Below are positions 1 to 8,412 of a stretch of DNA of 64,000 nt, piece after piece (position 1 is the stretch's first letter; every line of letters begins with the position of its first letter). The stretch comes from Anaerolineales bacterium UBA2200 (lineage in GTDB: Bacteria; Chloroflexota; Anaerolineae; UBA2200): positions 5,948 through 69,947 of the forward strand of contig DCVA01000043.1 of assembly GCA_002327925.1 (NCBI GenBank), given 5' to 3'. The translations under genes and the position numbers were made by a program. The notes beneath the pieces are model-generated. The model saw only the letters and a program-made list of their open reading frames with translations, had not been told where the DNA came from and ran no database searches.

Positions 1-326
1 TGATCCTCAACTTGGCCCTCAACTATGGCGGTCGGGCCGAAATCGTGGACGCCAGCCGAGCAGTGATGGCGGCCTGTCAGCACGGCGAACTCGATCCAGA
101 TGTGTTGGATGAAGCGACTTTTGGCCGCTACCTGTACACTGCCGGCCTGCCAGATCCCGACCTGGTCATTCGCACGGCCGGGGAAATGCGGCTGAGCAAT
201 TTCCTGATCTGGCAAGTGGTCGGCGCGCTCTTTTGGACCACTCCTGTCTGCTGGCCAGACTTTGAGAAGGAGCACTTGCTGCAGGCTATCAAGGATTATC
301 AAGAGATAGGGGGAGAAAGGCTGTGA
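1..326 (+). CDS. uppS: Undecaprenyl/polyprenyl diphosphate synthase (cis-prenyltransferase), 5'-truncated by the window edge
   Basis: Motifs LALNYGGRAEI, PDPDLVIRTAGEMRLSNFLIWQ and WPDF are the UppS C-terminal signature. The frame is open to the window start. Confidence 0.92.
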   Translation, partial: ILNLALNYGGRAEIVDASRAVMAACQHGELDPDVLDEATFGRYLYTAGLPDPDLVIRTAGEMRLSNFLIWQVVGALFWTTPVCWPDFEKEHLLQAIKDYQEIGGERL

Positions 327-1243
327 GTCCATGGGTTCGTCCGCCTCGAGTAGGGGTGGCTCTAAGCGGCGGTGGGTCACGGGGGCTCGCCCACATAGGC
401 GTCTTGAAAATGCTCGAGCGGGACGGTATCCCCGTGCACTTTCTGGCTGGTACCAGCATGGGAGGTGTAATCGCTGCAGGCTATGCCGCAGGATTGGGAG
501 TGGCCTACCTGGAAGAAGAGGCTCTGCGCATGGGCAAGTTGCGGAACCTAGCCAACCTGATCGACCGCTCTCTTCCCGGTCAGGGCCTGATGGGGGGGCA
601 GCGCATTCGGGAGTATTTCGCTCGTGAGTTGGGTGAAATCGCTTTTGCAGAACTGCGCATTCCTCTAGCTCTGGTTGCCGTCGACATTGTCCGCGGAGAA
701 GAAGTGGTGTTGAGGGACGGTTCCGTTGCGGATGCAGGGCGAGCAACCATCTCACTCCCCGGGGTATTCGCGCCCTTTCGCATGAAGGGACGCCTTCTGG
801 TTGACGGCGGTGTGCTCAATAACCTACCCGTGGATGTCGTGCGAGGCATGGGCGCGGATGTGGTGATCGCCGTGGATGTTTCCACTCGACCAGAGGGCTG
901 GCCGCAACTGACAAGAATGGAGAAACGACGGCTGTCACACATACAGGTTGGGTTGATGGTAGAGACTCTACAGCGAACGGTGGGTATCATGGGACGCCAG
1001 ATTGCGGCCCAGAAATTGCTGCTGGCACGGCCCGAGGTGTTAATCAGACCAGCGTTGGACAACGACATCAATCTGGTGTCCGGTTTCGCCAAAACGGGAA
1101 GCTGCATCGCTGCCGGAGAGAGCGCGACCATCTCAGCCCTTCCTGCGATCCGGCGGGCGTTGCGTACCCGCCCAGGCTTCCTTCACCCTCAGTTCTTGCG
1201 GCGACAGGCTCAGACATGCTCTGTTCAATTGCCAGAGAATTGA
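323..1243 (+). CDS. Patatin-like phospholipase (RssA/NTE family)
   Basis: Glycine-rich LSGGGSRGLAH, nucleophile elbow GTSMG and DGG catalytic motif. Confidence 0.92.
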   Translation: MSPWVRPPRVGVALSGGGSRGLAHIGVLKMLERDGIPVHFLAGTSMGGVIAAGYAAGLGVAYLEEEALRMGKLRNLANLIDRSLPGQGLMGGQRIREYFARELGEIAFAELRIPLALVAVDIVRGEEVVLRDGSVADAGRATISLPGVFAPFRMKGRLLVDGGVLNNLPVDVVRGMGADVVIAVDVSTRPEGWPQLTRMEKRRLSHIQVGLMVETLQRTVGIMGRQIAAQKLLLARPEVLIRPALDNDINLVSGFAKTGSCIAAGESATISALPAIRRALRTRPGFLHPQFLRRQAQTCSVQLPEN

Positions 1244-1497
1244 TCTCCCTGTACCTGGATCGTGAACTGCAGCCAGCACAGGCGACCGACCTGAGGAAGC
1301 ACGTGTACACCTGCACGGCTTGCCAGCACTACCAGGAGGCCATGGAGCACGCCGCGATGCTCCTCGCAGAGCCTCCTCTGGCTGTTCCGCCGGCCGACTT
1401 TGACCAGAGTCATGAGGCGCATCCACGACGAAAAGAGTATGGTTGGCAAGCGAGGGGAGGGCGTTCTCCCGAGAGAGAGCAGTCATGTGAGACATAG
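1216..1497 (+). CDS. zf-HC2 (ZAS-type anti-sigma zinc-finger) small protein, probably frameshifted near 1405
   Basis: C-x..LSLYLD.EL..H-x3-C-x2-C pattern (HVYTCTAC). After PPADF, a shifted frame reads TRVMRRI, which is typical of this family. Confidence 0.65.
   Translation: MLCSIARELISLYLDRELQPAQATDLRKHVYTCTACQHYQEAMEHAAMLLAEPPLAVPPADFDQSHEAHPRRKEYGWQARGGRSPEREQSCET
1462..1488 (+). repeat. 27-nt direct repeat, copy 1 (CGTTCTCCCGAGAGAGAGCAGTCATGT)
   Basis: 26/27 identical to 2906-2932, with weaker similarity extending into both flanks. Confidence 0.85.
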
Positions 1498-1553
1498 GTG
1501 TTCAGCCAGGCTGGCTCAGTTGTGGTGATGACCACCGATAGAGTAGCGATCGT

Positions 1554-2798
1554 ATGAAGAGAATCCTGATTCTGATGAGCGATACCGGTGGCGGGCACCG
1601 TGCAAGTGCCGATGCCCTGCGTGACGCTTTCAACGAACGATACGCGACGCAGTTGCACGTGGACATGGTAGACCTATGGCTGGATCACACGCCGCCGCCC
1701 TTGAATCGCGCCCCCATGGGCTATCGCTTCCTGGTGGACGACTTGCCCTGGCTCTACAAGTTCATCTATGCGGTGGGCGAGAATCCCCAGACCACGGAGC
1801 CCCTCCTAGCAACTGCATCGCGATTGCTCAGCAGGCCTATCAGTCGCGTCATCCGTCAATACAGCCCGGATCTGATCCTCTCGGTTCACCCGCTGATGCA
1901 GTGCATCCCGTGGCGCGTTCTAAAGCGGATGAAGCGTGACATTCCTTTCGTGACAGTTGTGACGGACTTGATCAACGTCCACCCGGTCTGGTACGACCGG
2001 AATGTCACGCTGTGCTTTGTTCCCAGCCAGGCGGCGTACAACCTGGCGCTCAAGGCAGGGCTACAGCCGGAGCAGTTGCGGCTACACGGGTTGCCAATCC
2101 GCCCGGCCTTTGGCAGGCCGCAGCGCCCCAAGGCAGAGATCAGACGGGAGCTGGGCATGCTTCCGGACGCGCCGGCGGTGCTCATCGTCAGCGGCGGCGA
2201 GGGCATGGGGAGAATTGGCGAGGTAGCACAGGCAGTGGACCAGCGTCTGGCCGTTGATGGGCAAGGACGCGGCAAGCCGGCCGGACAACAGGTCGTCGTA
2301 TGCGGCCGCAACCAGAGGCTGGAGGAGGACCTGCGAGCCTGGCCGTGGTCGATTCCGACCCTTGTCAAGGGCTACGTGAACAACATCTGGGACTGGATGG
2401 CGGCCTGTGATTGCGTTATCAGCAAGGCGGGCCCCGGCACTATTGCAGAGGCCCTGGCCCTGGGCCTGCCTGTCCTGGTCGTCGGGTACATACCTGGACA
2501 GGAGACCGCCAACGTCCTCTACGTCCTGAAGAATGGAGTAGGTGTCTACAACGACGACCCGCGACAAGTTGCCGAGATCATCAGCGGTTGGTTCGGTCCA
2601 GAACGTGACGTGATGGCTCAATTTGCGGAAAGGGCCAGGCATCTAGGTAGGTCAAACGCCACGTCCCAGATTGTGGATGACATTGCAGCGCTACTGCAGC
2701 AACAGGGGGATGCTCCCCGATGCTTCAGCGGACAAAACAGGCGGCGGCGCGCATCTGTTCATCCTGGTGCAGAAGCCGGAAGGTGGCAGAGCTCTTGA
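1554..2798 (+). CDS. GT28 glycosyltransferase, monogalactosyl/glucosyl-diacylglycerol synthase-like (MGD/UgtP family)
   Basis: N-terminal ILILMSDTGGGHRASA, plus VVTDL..H..W, SGGGEGMG and SKAGPGTIAEAL..GLP...PGQE.AN. Confidence 0.9.
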   Translation: MKRILILMSDTGGGHRASADALRDAFNERYATQLHVDMVDLWLDHTPPPLNRAPMGYRFLVDDLPWLYKFIYAVGENPQTTEPLLATASRLLSRPISRVIRQYSPDLILSVHPLMQCIPWRVLKRMKRDIPFVTVVTDLINVHPVWYDRNVTLCFVPSQAAYNLALKAGLQPEQLRLHGLPIRPAFGRPQRPKAEIRRELGMLPDAPAVLIVSGGEGMGRIGEVAQAVDQRLAVDGQGRGKPAGQQVVVCGRNQRLEEDLRAWPWSIPTLVKGYVNNIWDWMAACDCVISKAGPGTIAEALALGLPVLVVGYIPGQETANVLYVLKNGVGVYNDDPRQVAEIISGWFGPERDVMAQFAERARHLGRSNATSQIVDDIAALLQQQGDAPRCFSGQNRRRRASVHPGAEAGRWQSS

Positions 2799-2905
2799 GA
2801 TGGCTCGAGCAGATCACCGCAGTGGACGTGCAATCCGCGTGCAGGGAGGACCGAGTCACGAGACCCATCCGGGGCAAGAGCAGTACGGCCAGCGGGCGAG
2901 TGGTT

Positions 2906-2932
2906 CGTTCTCCCGAGACAGAGCAGTCATGT
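2906..2932 (+). repeat. 27-nt direct repeat, copy 2 (CGTTCTCCCGAGACAGAGCAGTCATGT), containing the ATG of the ABC1 gene
   Basis: 26/27 identical to 1462-1488. The ATG at 2929 lies inside it. Confidence 0.85.
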
Positions 2933-4599
2933 ACGGGATAGGGCGAGCGCGAAGGCATCTGCGGCGCTACCGCGACATCGTGGCTATCCTGGCCAAACAC
3001 GGGCTGGGTGCCCTGGTAGACCAGTTGAGCCTGGCGGCTTATCTAAGACTGCCAAAGCGGGCGTCACAACCAGAAGTGGCGGAACAGGAGAGGCTTACTA
3101 TCCCTCAGCGGCTGCGGATGGCTGTGGAGGAATTGGGGCCGACGTTCATCAAGTTTGCGCAGATTCTGAGCACACGACCAGACCTGATCCCCCCGGCCTA
3201 TCTGACGGAGTTAATCCGGCTGCAAGATACGGTACCACCAGCGCCATGGGAGCTGGTCAAGGCAAGGATTGAGGATGAACTTGGCCCTCTGGATCAGGTA
3301 TTTGCTTCCTTTGAAACCCAGCCTGTGGCGGCGGCCTCGCTAGGGCAGGTGTATTCGGCACGCCTGCAAAGCGGTGAAGAGGTAGTAGTCAAGGTTAGAC
3401 GGCCCGGGATCGAAGAGGTCGTTGATGTGGATCTGGAAATTCTACGCGACCTGGCGCAATGGGCGGCAAAGCATACTCCTCTGAGCGAGTTCTATGAACT
3501 GCCTGAGATTATCGAGGATTTCGCACACACGTTACGTAATGAGATGGACTACCTCTCCGAGGGCCAGAATGCTGATCGCTTCCGTCGGAACTTTGTCAAC
3601 GAAACTGCTCTATACGTGCCGAGAGTCTATTGGGACCATACAACGGAAAAGGTTCTGACTCTAGAGCGCATCAGCGGTATCAAAATCAATGACATCGTAG
3701 CCCTTGACGCGGCCAGGATTGACCGCCATCAGGTTGCGTTGAACAGTGCGCGCATTATCATCAAATCGATGCTGGAAGATGGGTTCTTCCATGCCGATCC
3801 CCATCCCGGCAACTTTTTCGTTATGGACAATGCCGTCATTGGGGCAATGGATTTCGGGATGGTGGGCTCCCTCAGCCCATGGGATAGGGAGCACCTGATT
3901 CGTCTCTACCTTGCGGCTGTGCAACTGGATGCGAGGGAGATTGTGGATGAGCTGATCTATGTAGGGGCAGCGCCGCCGCACATAGGTCGTGCGGGGATAG
4001 AGCGCGAGATGCAGAGGCTGTTGGTCAAGTACTACGGACGGTCATTGAAGGAGATCCAGGCGCGCCAGCTGGTGCATGAAGTGACTCCAATTGCCTTCCA
4101 GTACCATCTGCACCTTCCCAGTCAATGGTGGCTTCTGGGCAAGACGCTGGGCATGATGGAGGGGTTGGGGCTGCAATTGGATCCCGATTTTGACATCTTT
4201 GAGGTCAGCCAGCCATACGTGCGTAAGCTCCTCTGGCAGATGGTCTCCCCAAGAAAGTGGGCAGGGAAGATGGCACGGGGTATGCTGGATTGGAGTGACC
4301 TGTGGGCCGACTTGCCGCAACGTGGCTCTCGCCTGCTTGACCAGGTAGAGAAAGGCGAGTTGCAGTTCATGTTGAACCCCAGGGAATTGGACAAGATTCT
4401 AAATCACCTGGACCGGCGGTCTAATCGTGTGACGGTCAGCGTACTGGTAGCTGCGCTCATCATCAGCCTGGGCCTGCTGATAGCCGCCTCTGCGCCCGGT
4501 GAAGCCTGGGGTTCCAGGTTGAGCGTTGTCGGATTGGCGGTAGCTGCTGCACTCTGCCTGTGGTTGCTTCTGTCCATCCTGCGCTCCAATGGGCATTGA
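2929..4599 (+). CDS. ABC1/AarF/UbiB atypical kinase family protein with C-terminal TM helices (start could be 2800)
   Basis: EELGPTFIKFAQILSTRPDL, AAASLGQVY, VVVKVRRPG, GFFHADPHPGN and MDFGMVG. Confidence 0.93.
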   Translation: MYGIGRARRHLRRYRDIVAILAKHGLGALVDQLSLAAYLRLPKRASQPEVAEQERLTIPQRLRMAVEELGPTFIKFAQILSTRPDLIPPAYLTELIRLQDTVPPAPWELVKARIEDELGPLDQVFASFETQPVAAASLGQVYSARLQSGEEVVVKVRRPGIEEVVDVDLEILRDLAQWAAKHTPLSEFYELPEIIEDFAHTLRNEMDYLSEGQNADRFRRNFVNETALYVPRVYWDHTTEKVLTLERISGIKINDIVALDAARIDRHQVALNSARIIIKSMLEDGFFHADPHPGNFFVMDNAVIGAMDFGMVGSLSPWDREHLIRLYLAAVQLDAREIVDELIYVGAAPPHIGRAGIEREMQRLLVKYYGRSLKEIQARQLVHEVTPIAFQYHLHLPSQWWLLGKTLGMMEGLGLQLDPDFDIFEVSQPYVRKLLWQMVSPRKWAGKMARGMLDWSDLWADLPQRGSRLLDQVEKGELQFMLNPRELDKILNHLDRRSNRVTVSVLVAALIISLGLLIAASAPGEAWGSRLSVVGLAVAAALCLWLLLSILRSNGH

Positions 4600-4647
4600 T
4601 CTATCAAGGAAAAAGAGAAACCGGGCAGGTACGTCTTCTCGAGCAGA

Positions 4648-4947
4648 ATGCGCCTTGCGGCTCTTTCCATGCGCGATGTAAGCATTGCCTTGATAGCTGT
4701 TGTCACTGCTGCTGTCATCTATGTCCTGTGTCGAGTTGTAAATGATTGGCTGAATGAGGAACCTGGCCTGCCGCTAGAGGCTAGAATCGCTGTGGCGGGC
4801 GTCTTGTCAATACTGCTCTGGTATGGAGTGCAGTGCATCCAGAATTCGCTCGGGACACTCCGAACCTGTGGCAGAGCGACTGTGCGCCTGGTTCCGCTAT
4901 TCCTGTTGCTGTTAGCGTTGCTCTTCAGGCAGGCATCAAAGTACTAG
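4648..4947 (+). CDS. Small hypothetical membrane protein (about 3 hydrophobic segments)
   Basis: A 99-aa ORF that fills the gap on the operon strand and has three hydrophobic stretches. No family recognised. Confidence 0.45.
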   Translation: MRLAALSMRDVSIALIAVVTAAVIYVLCRVVNDWLNEEPGLPLEARIAVAGVLSILLWYGVQCIQNSLGTLRTCGRATVRLVPLFLLLLALLFRQASKY

Positions 4948-5009
4948 ACTCATGCCGCTGCAAGAGAACGCCATACTGAAACAGACTACAAGATGAGGAG
5001 GGTTATATA

Positions 5010-6155
5010 GTGAGGTACGCACGCATCGTAGGTTGGGGGAAGTACCTTCCAGAGAGGATTCTATCCAATCAAGATCTCGAGACCATGGTGGAAACTAGCG
5101 ACGAATGGATCTATTCCCGAACAGGTATCCGCGAGCGACGAATCGCAGCCTCCGACGAAACGGTGACCACGATGTCCGTCGCCGCCAGCAGGGCAGCGTT
5201 AGCGATCGCAGGGCTTGACGCTACTGAACTGGACCTGATCATCGTTGCCACATCCTCTCCAGATTACCTCCTTCCCGCCGCGGCGAGTATGATCCAGCAC
5301 GAGCTGGGAGCAGAGCACGCCGCCGCCTTCGACCTGCGAGCAGGTTGTTCAGGTTTTGTCTATGCTTTGGCCGTCGGCACGCAATTCATAGCTGGCGGCA
5401 TGTATCGCCACGTGTTAGTCATTGGTGCGGAGATCATCTCCAAGTTCATTGATTGGCAGGATCGTGACACGTGTGTCCTCTTCGGCGACGGAGCGGGGGC
5501 AGTAGTTCTGCAAGCCAGTGAAGAACCCACTGGTCTCCTCACCTGCTCCCTGGGGTCAAACGGGGCTGACTACGATGCGCTGTTCGTCCCGGGCGGGGGC
5601 AGCAAGCACCCCTTCAGTCAGGAAGTCCTGGATCGGGGTTGGCATCACATAAAGATGGATGGAAAGCGACTTTACCGGTTCGCGGTCAGAACCGCGCCCC
5701 AGGTTGCCCTCGAGGCGCTGGCTATGGCTGGCCTCTCTCCCGCGGACATCACGTTGTTGATACCGCATCAAGCCAATGCACGCATCGTGCAGTCCGCTTG
5801 CGAACGACTGGGGGTACCAGAGGAGAAGGTTTTTGTCAACATCCGAAAGTATGGCAACACCTCAGCCGCCTCGATACCGATTGCTCTGTGCGAAGCGGCG
5901 GAAGAGGGACGCATCAACTCAGGTGACCACGTTCTCCTGCTCGGCTTTGGCGCCGGACTGACCTGGGCTGCGGCTGTTGTGAGATGGGGCGTGCCCGAGT
6001 TATCCATCTCCTGGTTGTTCTCCTGGGACTCTATTCGCGAGCGTGTCCATGCCTCCGGAGCCACGGCTACAGCACGTAGGGCGCGAGCTGCGTTGCTCGC
6101 CGCTGCTGGTGTGCTGTTTATGACGACTTTTTCCAGGAGCGGAGGGCGAAAGTGA
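5010..6155 (+). CDS. fabH: Beta-ketoacyl-ACP synthase III with a roughly 55-aa C-terminal extension
   Basis: RTGIRERR, catalytic triad AGCSGF / IPHQAN / YGNTSAAS, and GFGAGLTW. SD GAGGAGG upstream. Confidence 0.93.
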   Translation: MRYARIVGWGKYLPERILSNQDLETMVETSDEWIYSRTGIRERRIAASDETVTTMSVAASRAALAIAGLDATELDLIIVATSSPDYLLPAAASMIQHELGAEHAAAFDLRAGCSGFVYALAVGTQFIAGGMYRHVLVIGAEIISKFIDWQDRDTCVLFGDGAGAVVLQASEEPTGLLTCSLGSNGADYDALFVPGGGSKHPFSQEVLDRGWHHIKMDGKRLYRFAVRTAPQVALEALAMAGLSPADITLLIPHQANARIVQSACERLGVPEEKVFVNIRKYGNTSAASIPIALCEAAEEGRINSGDHVLLLGFGAGLTWAAAVVRWGVPELSISWLFSWDSIRERVHASGATATARRARAALLAAAGVLFMTTFSRSGGRK

Positions 6156-6290
6156 ACCAAGGAACTCTCTCCAGCCGCACTCTACGGAAACAAACCTGCC
6201 TGAGAGAGAGCGGTGCCACCTGCAATATGCCGGGCCTGGGGCAATCGGCATAACTTGCCATGGAGAGGGACATTCGGAGGAGAGAAGAGC

Positions 6291-7304
6291 ATGCATACGG
6301 GGAATCTAGAAGCAACAGAAGTTCAAACCAAACGCGACCGCCACGAGATGGTTATGTTTCCGTGGACGGTGTACCGTGGTGACAAGAACTGGGTGCCGCC
6401 GATCATCCAGGAGCGCGAGAGGCTCCTGGATCCAGACCAGAATCATTTTTTCCTGCAGGCGGATGTGGCGCTGTGGGCAGCGCGCCGCGACGGGCGTGTT
6501 GTGGGCACTATTGCTGCCTTCATCGACCACCGCTTCAATGACTATCTCAAGCAGCAGGTGGGCTTCTTCGGCTTCTTTGAGGTACTAGACGATCATGAAG
6601 CCGCTGAAGTGCTGCTGGGTACAGCCAGGGACTGGGTGCAACAACATGGCATGAGCGAGCTGCACGGTCCCATCAACTTCCACCGCGACCGGGAACGTGG
6701 AATACTGCTGGAAGGCACGGATTGCCCACCACCCATGCTCTGTGGCCATTCACCTCCCTATTAGAAAGAGTTCGTTGAGGCCTTTGGCATGGTCAAGCTT
6801 GCCGACGACTTCTGCCGACGGCTGTGGGTCAAAGACCTGGTAGGGCCAGATGGCAGCCTGCCGCCCCGCTTGGCCCGCTTGGAGAAGGTGGCTCAGCGCC
6901 GCACGCACTTCAAGATCCGCCATGTCAACCTCCATGACTGGGACAGCGAAGTTCAGCTTGTGCGCGAATTGTATGATGCGACCATTGGACAACTGCCCGA
7001 TCACATTCCATGGAACGAAGAGGAAATCGCCGCCTTTGCGAAGGAATTGCGGCCTATTGTCGATCCGGACTTCGCCCTGTTTTGGGAGGCAGATGGCAAG
7101 ATGGTGGGCTGCCTGCTGGCGTTCCCGGATCTTAACCAAGTCCTCATCCACCTGAACGGGCGTATCGATGGCCTCCACAAGCTGCTGGCCTGGTGGCACA
7201 TGAGGCACATTGACGTGCTTAGCATGAAGGTCGCGGGAGTCTTGGACGAGTACCAGGGATGCGGCATCGAGGCACTGTTCTTCGTGGAACTGGCCAAAGG
7301 GTGA
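6291..7304 (+). pseudogene. YghO/bacterial ceramide synthase-like tandem GNAT, interrupted by in-frame TAG (6762-6764) and C-terminally truncated
   Basis: FPWTVY..DKNWVPP, GFFGFFEVLDD and PPY*KEFVEAFG, where the family normally reads PPYY. The two ORF pieces are in the same frame, and the protein ends at LAKG* without the usual last GNAT strands. Confidence 0.8.
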
Positions 7305-7480
7305 GCCGCCGATCCGCCTGCTTCCACCAACTGATTACGGGCAAGGGGCAGGTTAGCTTCCGATGCGGTGTTCATTCCTGACCGGGTACCCGGCAGAGTT
7401 GCCGCTCATCCCGCGGCTCCTCACCACCCCGCTTCGGCCCACGGTCCTTATCGCCTCCCCTCGGCACGTGGCAAGGCTAC

Positions 7481-7508
7481 TTGACACATACGAAGCGGGG
7501 CATACAAT
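7481..7508 (+). promoter_or_regulatory. Sigma70-type promoter TTGACA-16-TACAAT
   Basis: Near-consensus -35 (7481-7486) and -10 (7503-7508) hexamers in an intergenic region. Confidence 0.7.
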
Positions 7509-7512
7509 GACA

Positions 7513-7720
7513 ACCGGAACCGTCCTCTGCAGTTGTGGTGGGAATCCGGGGCACGCCCGGGGATGCTTGTTCGGGCGCCTTATGCCGCCCGAACAAGGTG
7601 ACGTGACCCCACGGCATCGGCAGCGCGGCAATCCGCAGGTGGAGGGTGAGGCATGACTGCGCGACCGGCTACCCCTTTTCCCTTCAGAGACCTGTCCGAA
7701 GGCATAGTTACCTCCCTTTC
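7513..7720 (+). ncRNA. Candidate structured sRNA or 5' leader of unknown family
   Basis: Starts just after the promoter. Perfect 12-bp hairpin CTTGTTCGGGCG/CGCCCGAACAAG (7566-7597), a long-range 9-bp helix GCAGTTGTG/CATGACTGC, further short hairpins and C/U-rich tracts. Confidence 0.4.
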
Positions 7721-7851
7721 CTCTGCCACCGCGGGCTCACACGACCGCTGTGCCGCCCCGGGGGGTGGTCCAAAAGCCGGCCGCACTTGAATGGTGGCTG
7801 TGGGCAATGTGAGGAGTGCTCTCGAGTTCGCCAGAAGAAAGGAGTCACCAG

Positions 7852-8412
7852 GTGCCCCTGATAACCGAAAAACAGAAGATGCTGGCCGCAGAACCCTACA
7901 ACTGCCTTGATCCCGACCTGCAGGCGGAGCGCGAAAAGACCAAGGAATTGCTGCGGGTCTACAATCTGACCGAAACCGAGCCTGAACGACAAGCCCTCCT
8001 GCGGCAATTGTTGGGGCACATCGGTCAGAATCCGATCATCTGGCCGCCTTTCTACTGTGTCTACGGCTACAACATACACCTGGGCGATCATGTCTTCCTG
8101 AACGTCCTGTGTACCATTCTGGACTGCAATGAGGTGCGCATCGGGCACCATGTCATGATCGGTCCTCACGTCCAGATCTACACGGCCGCCCATGACATCC
8201 AGGCCGAACGCCGGATCCGGGGCTGGGAAGTGGCCAAACCGATACTGATCGAGGACAATGTGTGGTTAGGGGGCGGTGCCATCCTCCTGCCAGGGGTGAC
8301 AATCGGCCGGAATGCCGTGGTGGGCGCGGGGGCAGTCGTCACCCGGAGCGTTCCGGCGAATACGGTCGTGGCGGGGAATCCGGCCAGGGTGATCAGAGAG
8401 ATCGAACAGTGA
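7852..8412 (+). CDS. maa: Sugar O-acetyltransferase (maltose O-acetyltransferase family, hexapeptide repeat)
   Basis: EKQKMLA..PY, PPFYCVYGYNIHLG, IGPHVQIYTAAH, I.IEDNVWLGGGAILLPGVTIG and VVAGNPARVIR. SD AAAGGAG before GTG 7852. Confidence 0.88.
   Translation: MPLITEKQKMLAAEPYNCLDPDLQAEREKTKELLRVYNLTETEPERQALLRQLLGHIGQNPIIWPPFYCVYGYNIHLGDHVFLNVLCTILDCNEVRIGHHVMIGPHVQIYTAAHDIQAERRIRGWEVAKPILIEDNVWLGGGAILLPGVTIGRNAVVGAGAVVTRSVPANTVVAGNPARVIREIEQ

Noticed and set aside
6762-6764. In-frame TAG as pyrrolysine recoding
   Set aside because: It aligns with a conserved Tyr (TAC>TAG), not a catalytic Pyl site. No pyl genes are in view and the gene is also truncated, so a nonsense mutation is simpler.
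7302-7334. TGA at the end of the GNAT as selenocysteine
   Set aside because: There is no Cys-type motif, and read-through gives only 9 unrelated residues before another stop.
7363-7656. 97-aa ORF in the intergenic region
   Set aside because: No SD or recognisable motif, and it runs across a strong promoter.
7538-7700. Cobalamin or c-di-AMP riboswitch (GGGAA..CCGG and CAGAGACCTGTC look-alikes)
   Set aside because: Core elements (the B12 box and CCCGCAACTGT, or CAGCTAAC for ydaO) are missing and the downstream gene does not fit. Kept only as an unknown structured RNA.
7803-7832. Fluoride riboswitch (GGCAATG...GAGTTCGCC)
   Set aside because: The two halves are separated by an extra 14 nt or so that breaks the compact consensus, and there is no fluoride-related gene.
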